Below, one piece after another: positions 36,180-44,895 of a stretch of 51,211 bases of DNA (positions are counted from its first letter, which is position 1; each line of letters opens with the position of its first letter). A program made the translations under genes and the position numbers. The notes under the pieces were generated by a model. That model worked only from the letters and a program-made list of their open reading frames with translations, was not told the DNA's origin and ran no database searches. The stretch is from positions 1-51,211 of the forward strand of contig JBDKIU010000032.1 in NCBI GenBank assembly GCA_039796915.1. The letters run 5' to 3'. The DNA comes from Bacteroidota bacterium (lineage in GTDB: Bacteria > Bacteroidota > Bacteroidia > NS11-12g > UBA955).

Positions 36180-36187
36180 TATATTTG
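36180..36187 (+). promoter_or_regulatory. Candidate -7 box TATATTTG, 6 nt upstream of ATG 36194
   Basis: Reads TATATTTG-cacatt-ATG. The box lies inside the track's TTG-initiated extension (36167), which argues for the ATG at 36194. Confidence 0.4.
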
Positions 36188-36193
36188 CACATT

Positions 36194-39100
36194 ATGAATA
36201 AACTGTTTCGCACAGTTATCATGCTGGGATTATTCCTGAACACCGGATTCAGCCTGCAGGCCAAGGTGTTTTTTGTGGATGTGGTTTCCGGCAATGATAC
36301 ACTTGATGGATCCGCGCCGTTTTTTGTTTCAGGATATGAAGGGCCGAAAAAAACCCTGAGCGCCTGTTTATCCGTGGCCTCCAATCAGGATACCATTCAT
36401 ATTGCCAAGGGATATTATCCGGAAAGCATCGTGCTGGATCGTTCTTTCCTTTGGGTAGCCTCTGATACCGTAACACTGAAAAGTCTTACCATGGATGGCG
36501 CCACCAGGATTGAACTTTACCTGCAGGGCCTGATGTTGTACATCAAAGACAGCCTTCAGCTGAACCAAGGTATCATCACCCCGGAAATCGGCGTACTCTT
36601 CGCCACCAAAGAATATGCTTATTGCAGCAAAGGCAACGTAAACAGCTTTGTAAACGGGTTCTACTATCTGGAAAACAGCAACCCCTTTGCAGGAAATATG
36701 GAATTTCCCATTGGCCGCGACAACGACTTCCGGCCCGTGCGGATGAACATCAAACAAAGTACCTACGATTTAAACCTGTATGGATTTCAACTGATTTCCG
36801 GTGCAGCACCCGCCGGAACCCTGCCTGCCGGCATCCGCGCTGTCTCAAAGGTGCACCACTGGGAAATGCAGCACATCGGGGCGGCCATTCCGCAGGATAT
36901 TGAAGTGGCCATGGCTTACGATTCCACCACTACCGACGATGAAGTGTATGATGTGGATAGCCTCCGTCTGCTCACACTTCCACACGGAAGCGCTGTTTAT
37001 GCCGACCTCGGTGGCCTGGGCACTGCCCCCCGACTGGGAGAAATTTCAGCTTCCTCGTTTACAGATACCACCGGTTTTTTTGCCCTGGCCAATACCAGCG
37101 GCGGCCTCAATTCCCTGGGCAATCCAGAACCTTTCGCACGTTTCACCTATGGCGCTGCCTGCGTTGGAAATCCCACCTCGTTTGCCGATGCTTCTGTTGA
37201 CCGGAAAAATACCATTACCCGCTGGCTTTGGAATTTCGGCACGGGCAATCTGGCCGATACATCAAACGCTCAAAACCCCGCCTTTACCTACAGCACTCCA
37301 GGCGTATATCGGGTTTCCCTGAAGGTTTGGAACGGAAGTGGTTACTCAGACTCCATTCAGGCCGATGTTGCCGTGAACAACCTTCCACAGGTTTCATTCA
37401 ACACACCGCTTGCCTGCCCCGGCCTGCCGGTTACCCTGAACGACCAAAGCATCATTCCGGGCGGAAGCGTTGCTTCCCGCAGCTGGGATTTTGGCGATGG
37501 CACCTTCGGCAGCGCTCAGGTTGAAAATCATACCTTCCCTGCCCCCGGAACCTATACCGTGAAACTGGTGGTGCGCAGCAACTTTGGCTGTGCCGATTCT
37601 GCTTCCAAATCCGTGACCATGCTTCAGTCTGCCAATCCAAGACTGAACCTTGCCAATGCCTGTCTGGGAAACAACGTGCTGCTTCAGGGCACTGCAGGCT
37701 ATCCTGCCGATACCGTAGTCGGCTGGAGTTATTCCCTCAATGGAAAACCTGCCGGCAATACCGCCATCGTGAACCTACTCGACACGCTCAAGAGCGGAAA
37801 CTACAAAGTGACCCTGACCGTAAACACCAACAACGGCTGTGCTGCTTCCGTGACGGATTCATTCGTGGTATTCCCGAAAGCCGGTGTCAGTGCAACAATC
37901 AGCAGTGTTTGTGTGAACAATGCCGCCGCGTTCAGCAGCAACGGCGGAACTCCGGGCGACAGCATCAGCACCTGGATCTGGCGCATCAGCGGTGCTGTTG
38001 CAGGCACGCAGCAAAACTTCAGCCGCGTGATGTTCAATGCGGGCAACTTCCCTGTGGTGCTTTCTGTGGTTACCCAAAACGGATGTACCGATTCGATTGC
38101 TACGGTGGCCACCGTATTTGGCAGACCCCAGGTGGAATTTGACCTTGATCCGCTGGCCAACGGCAACGACAGTATTCAGTGCTTTAAAGGAAACCGCTTT
38201 GAATTGCGGAACCTGAGCAGCGCCGGCGGCGGACAAAGCATCATCAGCACACGTTGGTACTGGGACAATTCCGTGATTCCTGCTACCAACATCCAATCGT
38301 TCGGATCGCCGGGCGTGAAGCGTGTGAAACTGGTGGCTGGAACCAATAAAGGTTGTGTGGACAGCGCCATCAAGGCTTACGTAGTATTGGAGCCTTTGGC
38401 AGTGCGCTGGGGCGCCGCTGAAGTTTGCCATCCTGAACCTGTAATCCTGCGTGACTCGTCACTTTTGAGTGGCACAACGGCCGCTGAAAGACATTGGATT
38501 TTTGGCGACGGAAGCGTGCAAACCACCACTGCATCAAGTGTGGTACATGCATATCCAAATGCAGGAACCTTCCTGACCACCTTGGTACTGAAAACTGCAG
38601 AAGGCTGCAGCGACAGCTTCACCAAGCCTTTGTTCCTGAGAAGTCGTCCTACCCTGAGCATCATCCCCACCGGCAACCTGCCCTTTTGCCCGGACGATTC
38701 GTTGATGCTTACCGCATCCGGAGGTGATTCCGTGCGTTGGTTTGACGGACAAAGCAGCCGAAGCCGTTACTTCCGCAGTGCTGGTATTTACCGCGTTACG
38801 GCTTACAACGGTGCGGTGTGCACCAGCACCGACAGCTTCCGGGTTTGGGTGTTCAATGCGCCTGTAGCCAACGCCGGCCTGGATACAGCCATGATTCTTG
38901 GAAGTGAACTGGTGCTGAACGGAAGCGGAGGCAGCAGCTATCGCTGGGAACCTTCGGCGCTGTGCAGCACGCCTAATAATCCATCCACCAAGGTGAATCC
39001 CGAACGCGATACCCTGTTTTTGTTGCGCGTCGTGGATGGAAATGGATGTATTGATACCGACAGCGTTCGGGTTCGGGTTCAGAATCCGGGCAATGCCGGA

Positions 39101-39370
39101 GCACCGGAACTTCCCAATATGATTACACCCAATGCCGATGGCATGAACGATGCCTGGGATCTGAGCGTGCTCAAAGATTTCGGCGATTGGCACTTGCGTG
39201 TATTCAGCAGCAATGGCGCGATGGTATTTGAGAAAGAAACCGGATACAACAACGACTGGAAAGGCACCAATCAAGAAGGTGAACCACTTTCCTCCGGAAC
39301 CTATTTATACGTGATGCAACACCGGTTCTCCGGCAAAACCATTAAAGGTTACCTATTTATTCAGCGCTAA
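36194..39370 (+). CDS. Large secreted protein: beta-helix-like N-terminal region, about 6 PKD repeats, Ig-like repeats, and a T9SS type B (gliding motility-associated) C-terminal domain
   Basis: Signal peptide MNKLFRTVIMLGLFLNTGFSLQA. PKD cores WLWNFGTG, RSWDFGDG and RHWIFGDG. The C-terminus is PNMITPNADGMNDAWDL...GTYLYVMQH...IKGYLFIQR. The PKD array spans roughly 37125-38645. Confidence 0.85.
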   Translation: MNKLFRTVIMLGLFLNTGFSLQAKVFFVDVVSGNDTLDGSAPFFVSGYEGPKKTLSACLSVASNQDTIHIAKGYYPESIVLDRSFLWVASDTVTLKSLTMDGATRIELYLQGLMLYIKDSLQLNQGIITPEIGVLFATKEYAYCSKGNVNSFVNGFYYLENSNPFAGNMEFPIGRDNDFRPVRMNIKQSTYDLNLYGFQLISGAAPAGTLPAGIRAVSKVHHWEMQHIGAAIPQDIEVAMAYDSTTTDDEVYDVDSLRLLTLPHGSAVYADLGGLGTAPRLGEISASSFTDTTGFFALANTSGGLNSLGNPEPFARFTYGAACVGNPTSFADASVDRKNTITRWLWNFGTGNLADTSNAQNPAFTYSTPGVYRVSLKVWNGSGYSDSIQADVAVNNLPQVSFNTPLACPGLPVTLNDQSIIPGGSVASRSWDFGDGTFGSAQVENHTFPAPGTYTVKLVVRSNFGCADSASKSVTMLQSANPRLNLANACLGNNVLLQGTAGYPADTVVGWSYSLNGKPAGNTAIVNLLDTLKSGNYKVTLTVNTNNGCAASVTDSFVVFPKAGVSATISSVCVNNAAAFSSNGGTPGDSISTWIWRISGAVAGTQQNFSRVMFNAGNFPVVLSVVTQNGCTDSIATVATVFGRPQVEFDLDPLANGNDSIQCFKGNRFELRNLSSAGGGQSIISTRWYWDNSVIPATNIQSFGSPGVKRVKLVAGTNKGCVDSAIKAYVVLEPLAVRWGAAEVCHPEPVILRDSSLLSGTTAAERHWIFGDGSVQTTTASSVVHAYPNAGTFLTTLVLKTAEGCSDSFTKPLFLRSRPTLSIIPTGNLPFCPDDSLMLTASGGDSVRWFDGQSSRSRYFRSAGIYRVTAYNGAVCTSTDSFRVWVFNAPVANAGLDTAMILGSELVLNGSGGSSYRWEPSALCSTPNNPSTKVNPERDTLFLLRVVDGNGCIDTDSVRVRVQNPGNAGAPELPNMITPNADGMNDAWDLSVLKDFGDWHLRVFSSNGAMVFEKETGYNNDWKGTNQEGEPLSSGTYLYVMQHRFSGKTIKGYLFIQR

Positions 39371-40716
39371 TGAAACACTTCAAAAACCTCAGTCTGCTGG
39401 CATGCGTTGTTTCATCGCTGCAACTAAACGCACAGCTCGCCTCACGCATGGATCAATACATGCATGACCCGGCCATCATCAACCCGGCAAGTATCAATAC
39501 ATATACCGCCTCGCGGCTCAGCTTTTTCAACAACCGATTGTACGGTGATATTCCGGGAAGTCCCTCGAACATGCTGGCCAGCTTCAGCATGCCTGTTCCC
39601 AAAAAGAACATTGGTGTTGGTGCCTATTTCGGACAAGAAAAGCTCGGGTTTACCACGCTTTCCAATGCGTATGCCAGCTACGCCTACACCATTCCCCTGA
39701 GTGGTGACCAGCGTCTGCACCTGGCGGCTTCGCTGGGCTTTCTGAATCAGAAGTTCAACGGCAACAACATGCACGTGGTGCATCCAAACGATCCGGTTTA
39801 CACCAGTTACCTGCGCGGCCAAAGCACCAGCCGCTTTGATGTGAAATTCTCGGCCCTGTATCAACTCAAAGGACTGACCCTGGGCATCAGCAGCGGCCGT
39901 ATTGCCAATCCGCGCTTTGTGTACGAAAACGCGAATTACTCTTCCACATTTTCCCTGCAAAACCTGTCCAACGCCTATGCTGCTGCCAAGCTGCAGGTAT
40001 CGGACGCTTTGATGCTTCAGCCTGTGGTGAGCATGCACCTGATTGATTTTAAGAAAAGCAGCCTCCAGTATGGAATGAATGCCTGGATTGAAGATGTGGT
40101 ATGGGCCGGATTCCACAATTCCGGCAACAAGAACCTGTCGCTGCACCTGGGTGCGCGTTTGTTCCAAACCATCCTGGCTGGCTATGCCTATTCCATGCCC
40201 ATCAATCCCGAAGCCAAGCTGCTTGGTTCCGGTCATGAGTTTTTCACCAGCTTCATCATCAGCAAGCCACATAAGGAAAACCAGCGCCTCGACATGCTGG
40301 TTCTTGGCGGCAATGGTACCGAACGTCCGGCCGTGGAAGAAAAAGAAGAGGAAGAAGCACCTGAACAAAATACTTTGCTGAAAATTCCGGCCACCGTGCA
40401 CAACCTGACCGAGATGAAAGCCCTGCGTCCCAATTATGACACCGCATACCTCACCATCAGCCCATTGAATAATGAAGTTCCGGAGGCAGGTTTTTACGTA
40501 TGTGTGGGAATGAATAAATCCGAACAGATGGCCGACAAACTCATCAAAGAACTCTACACCAAAGGCCTGCGGAGTTACAAATTCCAGAACAGCAAAAACA
40601 AATACTACTACGTGTACCTGACCAAAAAATCTACCCGCGCGGAAGCCGATAATGTGAAGCTTACCGGAGTGGCCGGCGTAGAGAATATCTGGACTGTGGA
40701 AGTAGGCGGTAACTGA
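39370..40716 (+). CDS. PorP/SprF-family T9SS membrane protein with an acidic linker and a C-terminal SPOR-like domain
   Basis: The N-terminal approximately 300 aa (QYMHDPAIINPASIN...IGVGAYFGQEKLGFTTLSNAYASYAY...HLAASLGFLNQKF) fit PorP/SprF. A linker (EEKEEEEAPEQ) follows, then GFYVCVGMNKSEQMADKLIKELYTKGLRSYKF..KYYYVYLTKKSTRAEAD...IWTVEV, which fits the SPOR pattern. The ATG overlaps the cargo gene's TAA (TAATG). Confidence 0.8.
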   Translation: MKHFKNLSLLACVVSSLQLNAQLASRMDQYMHDPAIINPASINTYTASRLSFFNNRLYGDIPGSPSNMLASFSMPVPKKNIGVGAYFGQEKLGFTTLSNAYASYAYTIPLSGDQRLHLAASLGFLNQKFNGNNMHVVHPNDPVYTSYLRGQSTSRFDVKFSALYQLKGLTLGISSGRIANPRFVYENANYSSTFSLQNLSNAYAAAKLQVSDALMLQPVVSMHLIDFKKSSLQYGMNAWIEDVVWAGFHNSGNKNLSLHLGARLFQTILAGYAYSMPINPEAKLLGSGHEFFTSFIISKPHKENQRLDMLVLGGNGTERPAVEEKEEEEAPEQNTLLKIPATVHNLTEMKALRPNYDTAYLTISPLNNEVPEAGFYVCVGMNKSEQMADKLIKELYTKGLRSYKFQNSKNKYYYVYLTKKSTRAEADNVKLTGVAGVENIWTVEVGGN

Positions 40717-40959
40717 GCCATTTGCTGTGGTTCCATGTATGCACTACCCGGAACTGAAATGATTTCATGCTTGTACTTCCTGCTGCGCATGAACAGGGCT
40801 GCATGGAGCTGTCAACCTTGTTGATGCGCCTGTAATTCCCATCCGTAAAACCACGGTGAAAGTTCTGTACATGGCGACAGCAGCAGGTTCTTCACCATCC
40901 ATCAACGGTTATACGGAAACAACTGGGTGCAGGTTCCTGGCATTGAGGAACAAACAGAG

Positions 40960-40990
40960 TTGATAGCTTTGACAGGCGTGCTTACTTTTG
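40960..40990 (+). promoter_or_regulatory. Candidate promoter TTG-N20-TACTTTTG, 4 nt upstream of ATG 40995
   Basis: TTG at 40960-40962 and TACTTTTG at 40983-40990, then ccct-ATG. Both elements and the spacing fit the Bacteroidota consensus. Confidence 0.5.
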
Positions 40991-40994
40991 CCCT

Positions 40995-42296
40995 ATGCCT
41001 CAGTGGATTTCTCAGTTCTTGTTTGCCCTGCTGCTTGCTGTTTCCATCTGGTTTTTTGTGAAACGCGTGCGCTTCATCAGGAGGAACATCCTGCTTGGCA
41101 GGGATGTGGATATTCCCGGTGATTTCAACTGGCGCCTGCGCACCATGACCCGCGTGGCGCTTGGACAAAGCAAGATGGTGGTTCGGCCTGTTGCAGGCTT
41201 CTTCCATATCCTCATCTATGCCGGCTTTGTGCTTATCAACATAGAAGTGCTGGAAATTCTGGTGGATGGCCTTGCCGGAACCCACAGGGCATTCAGCGCT
41301 ATTGGAATTTTGTATGATGTAGCCATAGCATTCTTCGAATTGCTGGCGCTGGCCGTGCTTGCAGCCTGTGTGGTATTTCTGGCGCGCCGCTACGTGCTGA
41401 AACTCAGGCGGCTGCAAAGCCCCGAGCTGGAAGGTCAGCCGCAGCGTGATGCCGCTACCATCCTGATTGTAGAAATTGTGCTGATGATGGCACTGCTTTT
41501 CATGAATGCCGCTGATCAGCTGCTGCAAAGCCGCTACCACGAGGGCTTTCACCATGCCGGAATCTTCCCGGTGAGCGGCTTCCTTACACCGCTGTTTGCA
41601 TCCTGGTCCAATGAAGGTCTGATCCTGCTGGAACGCGGTGCCTGGTGGTTCCACATCATCGGCATCCTGCTGTTTCTGAACTACGTACCATACAGCAAAC
41701 ACTGGCACATCATCATGAGCTTCCCCAATACCTGGTTCACCGCACAGCAACCCAAAGGCGGATTTGCAAATATGGAATCGGTAACTACGGAGGTGAAACT
41801 CATGCTCGACCCATCTGCCGCGGCTCCGGAAGGCTACCAGCCTCCTACAGGATTTGGCGCCCGCGATGTTCAGGATCTGAGCTGGAAAAACCTGATGGAT
41901 GCCTATACCTGCACCGAATGTGGGCGCTGCAGCAGCGTGTGTCCGGCAAACATCACAGGTAAAAAACTGAGCCCCCGAAAGGTGATGATGAACACCCGTG
42001 ACCGTTTGGAGGAATACGGACAGAACCTGGACCAGGGCAAAGAAGACGCCAAGAACCTGCACAGTTACATCAGCGCTGAAGAACTCTGGGCCTGCACAAC
42101 CTGTAACGCATGCGCCGAAGCTTGTCCGGTGAACATCAACCCGGTGGACATCATCATGCAGATGCGTCAATACCTGGTGATGGAACAAAGTGCTGCACCC
42201 TCCGAACTCAACGGGATGCTCACCAACATCGAAAACAACGGTGCGCCCTGGCAGTTCAGTCCCATGGATCGGGGCAATTGGGCCCAGAATGCCTGA
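40995..42296 (+). CDS. Membrane-anchored 2x[4Fe-4S] ferredoxin-domain protein (N-terminal half of an HdrD/COG0247-type Fe-S oxidoreductase)
   Basis: About 5-6 N-terminal TM helices, then CTECGRCSSVCPANI and CTTCNACAEACPVNI cluster motifs. It ends where CCG domains begin in fused homologues. The 473-aa minus-strand ORF 40902..42323 is its antisense shadow. Confidence 0.85.
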   Translation: MPQWISQFLFALLLAVSIWFFVKRVRFIRRNILLGRDVDIPGDFNWRLRTMTRVALGQSKMVVRPVAGFFHILIYAGFVLINIEVLEILVDGLAGTHRAFSAIGILYDVAIAFFELLALAVLAACVVFLARRYVLKLRRLQSPELEGQPQRDAATILIVEIVLMMALLFMNAADQLLQSRYHEGFHHAGIFPVSGFLTPLFASWSNEGLILLERGAWWFHIIGILLFLNYVPYSKHWHIIMSFPNTWFTAQQPKGGFANMESVTTEVKLMLDPSAAAPEGYQPPTGFGARDVQDLSWKNLMDAYTCTECGRCSSVCPANITGKKLSPRKVMMNTRDRLEEYGQNLDQGKEDAKNLHSYISAEELWACTTCNACAEACPVNINPVDIIMQMRQYLVMEQSAAPSELNGMLTNIENNGAPWQFSPMDRGNWAQNA

Positions 42297-42330
42297 GCGG
42301 GGCGCTTCGCCAAACCACCGCACATAACGC

Positions 42331-42338
42331 TATTTTTG
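42331..42338 (+). promoter_or_regulatory. Candidate -7 box TATTTTTG, 5 nt upstream of the mutL GTG
   Basis: Reads TATTTTTG-tatca-GTG(42344). Confidence 0.35.
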
Positions 42339-42343
42339 TATCA

Positions 42344-44170
42344 GTGGCTGATTACATCAAGTTACTTTCTGACGCTGTTGCGAACCAAATTGCTGCCGGT
42401 GAAGTGGTGCAGCGTCCGGCCAGTGTGGTGAAGGAACTGATGGAAAACAGCCTCGACGCCGGTGCCACCGAAATCCGTTTGTACATGGAAGAAGCCGGAA
42501 GCCGGCTGATCCGTGTGATCGACAACGGCAAAGGCATGAGCCCCACAGATGCACGGATGTGCTGGGAACGACATGCTACCAGCAAAATAGCACGTGCAGA
42601 AGATTTGTTCAGCCTGCGCAGTTTCGGATTTCGGGGCGAGGCCATGGCCAGTATTGCTGCGGTGGCTCAGGTGGAAATGACCACCCGGCGGCCCGATGAT
42701 GAAACCGCAACCTATATCCGCATTGAAGGCTCCAAGGTGTTGGAACAGGGCATTGCCGCTGCTCCGGAAGGCACAAGCATCAGCGTAAAGAATCTGTTTT
42801 ATAACATCCCCGCGCGGCGCAACTTTCTCAAAAGCCCATCGGTGGAACTCCGACACATCATTGACGAGTTTTGTCGCATGGCGCTGGCCTACCCTGAAAT
42901 CAAGTGCGCGCTGAGCCACCATCAGAATGAAGTGTATCGGCTGGCGCCGGAAACTCAGGCGAAACGGATCAGTCAGATTCTGGACCGCATCAAGGAGCAG
43001 GATTTACTGCCGGTAGCTGAAGCTACAGACTGGATGAAGATCAGCGGGTACATCGGCAAACCCGGCACCGAGCGCAAAACCCGAGGCGACCAGTATTTCT
43101 ATGTGAACAGGCGTTTCATCAGAAACAGCTACCTGAACAACGCAGTCCAGACGGCCTTTGAAGGGCTGATTGCGTCGGACGCTTTTCCGTCGTTTGTGTT
43201 GTTTCTGGAACTGGATCCTTCGCGCGTGGATGTGAACGTGCATCCCACCAAAACGGAAGTGAAGTTTGACGACGACCGTTCCATCTACAGCATTGTTCGG
43301 GCAGCCGTGAAACATGCACTTGGGCTGTACAACCTGGTTCCCATGGAGCCACATGCAGGTTTGGGCGGACTGGAGCGACAACTCAGTGCGCCGCCACCGG
43401 TGCGTCATGCGCCGCCGCCCGTCCCCGGACAAGGTGAAAAGCGGCCCTTTTACAATCCGTTTGAGCAGGACTGGGCCAAACCACGCTTCCAGCAGCCCTG
43501 GCAAAAAGCCTTTTCACTGCCCGACATAGAACCGGACCTGGAAGTACAGCAACAACCCGAGCTTCCGCTGAACTTTGAGACTGCTCCGGGCATCAACGCC
43601 AAAGCAAGCAGTACCATCAGACTTCAAGGTGGCCTGATTGCTGCCGGCTTTGAAGGGAACTTATACGTATTCGACCAGCAGCGCGCCCATGAACGCGTGT
43701 TGTATGAGCAATTCATCAGAGGCGCGCACGACCGCAGCAATGCGTCGCAGCAGCTGCTGTTTCCCCGCACCCTGGAGTTGAAACCTGCCGATATGGCGGT
43801 ACTGGAAACCATGCTGCCTGAATTGCGGCAAATGGGTCTGGATATTGCAGTGTTCGGGAAAAACACCATCATTGTGAACGGACTTCCGGCAGAACATCAA
43901 AGAGGCAGCGAACAAGTTCTGGTAGATGCACTGCTGGAACAGTTCCGCAACCAAAAAGATGAACTGAACCTAAGCACTGCCGAACGTGCGGCGCGTGCCC
44001 TGGCCCGTCAGCAGTCAGTGAGCAACAAGAAGGAACTCAGCGCAGAAGAATCCACCGACCTGGCCAACCGGCTGTTTTCGTGCAGTCAGCCTGGCATCAC
44101 CCCGGACGGCAAGCCGGTATTTATCGGCTATTCCGCCAACAGCATCAACAAACAACTCAAAAAAACCTAA
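42344..44170 (+). CDS. mutL: DNA mismatch repair protein MutL (endonuclease type)
   Basis: (V/M)ADYIKLLSDAVANQIAAGEVVQRPASVVKELMENSLDAG is the canonical N-terminus. There is no in-frame ATG, so a GTG start is inferred. The C-terminal DQQRAHERVLYE resembles the DQHA(X)2E(X)4E nuclease motif. The track start at 42110 lies inside the upstream gene. Confidence 0.9.
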   Translation: MADYIKLLSDAVANQIAAGEVVQRPASVVKELMENSLDAGATEIRLYMEEAGSRLIRVIDNGKGMSPTDARMCWERHATSKIARAEDLFSLRSFGFRGEAMASIAAVAQVEMTTRRPDDETATYIRIEGSKVLEQGIAAAPEGTSISVKNLFYNIPARRNFLKSPSVELRHIIDEFCRMALAYPEIKCALSHHQNEVYRLAPETQAKRISQILDRIKEQDLLPVAEATDWMKISGYIGKPGTERKTRGDQYFYVNRRFIRNSYLNNAVQTAFEGLIASDAFPSFVLFLELDPSRVDVNVHPTKTEVKFDDDRSIYSIVRAAVKHALGLYNLVPMEPHAGLGGLERQLSAPPPVRHAPPPVPGQGEKRPFYNPFEQDWAKPRFQQPWQKAFSLPDIEPDLEVQQQPELPLNFETAPGINAKASSTIRLQGGLIAAGFEGNLYVFDQQRAHERVLYEQFIRGAHDRSNASQQLLFPRTLELKPADMAVLETMLPELRQMGLDIAVFGKNTIIVNGLPAEHQRGSEQVLVDALLEQFRNQKDELNLSTAERAARALARQQSVSNKKELSAEESTDLANRLFSCSQPGITPDGKPVFIGYSANSINKQLKKT

Positions 44171-44172
44171 CC

Positions 44173-44883
44173 ATGCAGTTTCGCAGCTTCCAGCAATTTC
44201 CTCCGGCCGTAAAGAACATCATGATCCTTTGCGGCATCATGTTCTTCGGAACCTTCGTGATGGAAGGCCGCGGCATCAACCTGTATTACATCCTGGGTTT
44301 GTTCTACTTCGACTCTGTATTCTTCAAACCCTGGCAACTGTTCACACACCTGTTCATGCACGGCGGCTTTGCCCACCTGCTGTTCAACATGCTGGCCCTG
44401 TTTACGTTTGGGGTTTTGCTGGAAAATATCCTCGGAACGAAACGCTTCCTCATTCTGTATTTTGTTTCGGCGCTGGGCGCGGTGATGCTTGATTACGGCG
44501 TGAAGCTGTGGATGATTCACGAGCGTTACGACTTCTGGCTGATTTCCAAATCAACCCAATTTGCAATCATGACTGATCCCGGCACCTACCGGGAACTGGC
44601 CAACTGGCTGTTCACACCCATGGTTGGCGCCAGCGGCGCACTGTATGGCATCATGGTGGCGTTTGCCACCTTCTTCCCCAACTCAGAAATGATGTTTCTG
44701 TTTATTCCGTTTCCCATCAAAGCCAAATACCTCATTCCCATCGTGCTGATCCTGGACCTGGGACTGGGAATCGGCCAGTTTCGCTGGGATCCGGTGGCGC
44801 ATTTTGCGCATATTGGCGGTGCCGTATTTGGTTATTTCCTGGTGCGCTACTGGAATAAAACCCGACGAGATACGTTTTACTAA
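44173..44883 (+). CDS. Rhomboid-family intramembrane serine protease
   Basis: HLFMHGGFAHLLFNM, GASGALYG (catalytic Ser) and AHIGGAVFG (catalytic His). It starts 2 nt after the mutL stop. Confidence 0.85.
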   Translation: MQFRSFQQFPPAVKNIMILCGIMFFGTFVMEGRGINLYYILGLFYFDSVFFKPWQLFTHLFMHGGFAHLLFNMLALFTFGVLLENILGTKRFLILYFVSALGAVMLDYGVKLWMIHERYDFWLISKSTQFAIMTDPGTYRELANWLFTPMVGASGALYGIMVAFATFFPNSEMMFLFIPFPIKAKYLIPIVLILDLGLGIGQFRWDPVAHFAHIGGAVFGYFLVRYWNKTRRDTFY

Positions 44884-44895
44884 GCCCCAAAAGTC

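Noticed and set aside
40902-42323. A 473-aa minus-strand ORF fully covers the 4Fe-4S gene. Similar long antisense ORFs occur at 1601-2644, 4308-5117, 6503-7411, 9961-10839, 17750-18661, 18788-19612, 19847-20566, 32815-33621, 33658-34302, 38534-39274, 39442-40401, 47329-47940 and 50544-51191.
   Set aside because: Each one mirrors a gene with strong family motifs on the other strand. Their translations are His/Gln/Arg/Gly-rich with no recognisable motifs, signal peptides or TM patterns. They are typical stop-poor antisense frames in moderately GC-rich, codon-biased DNA.
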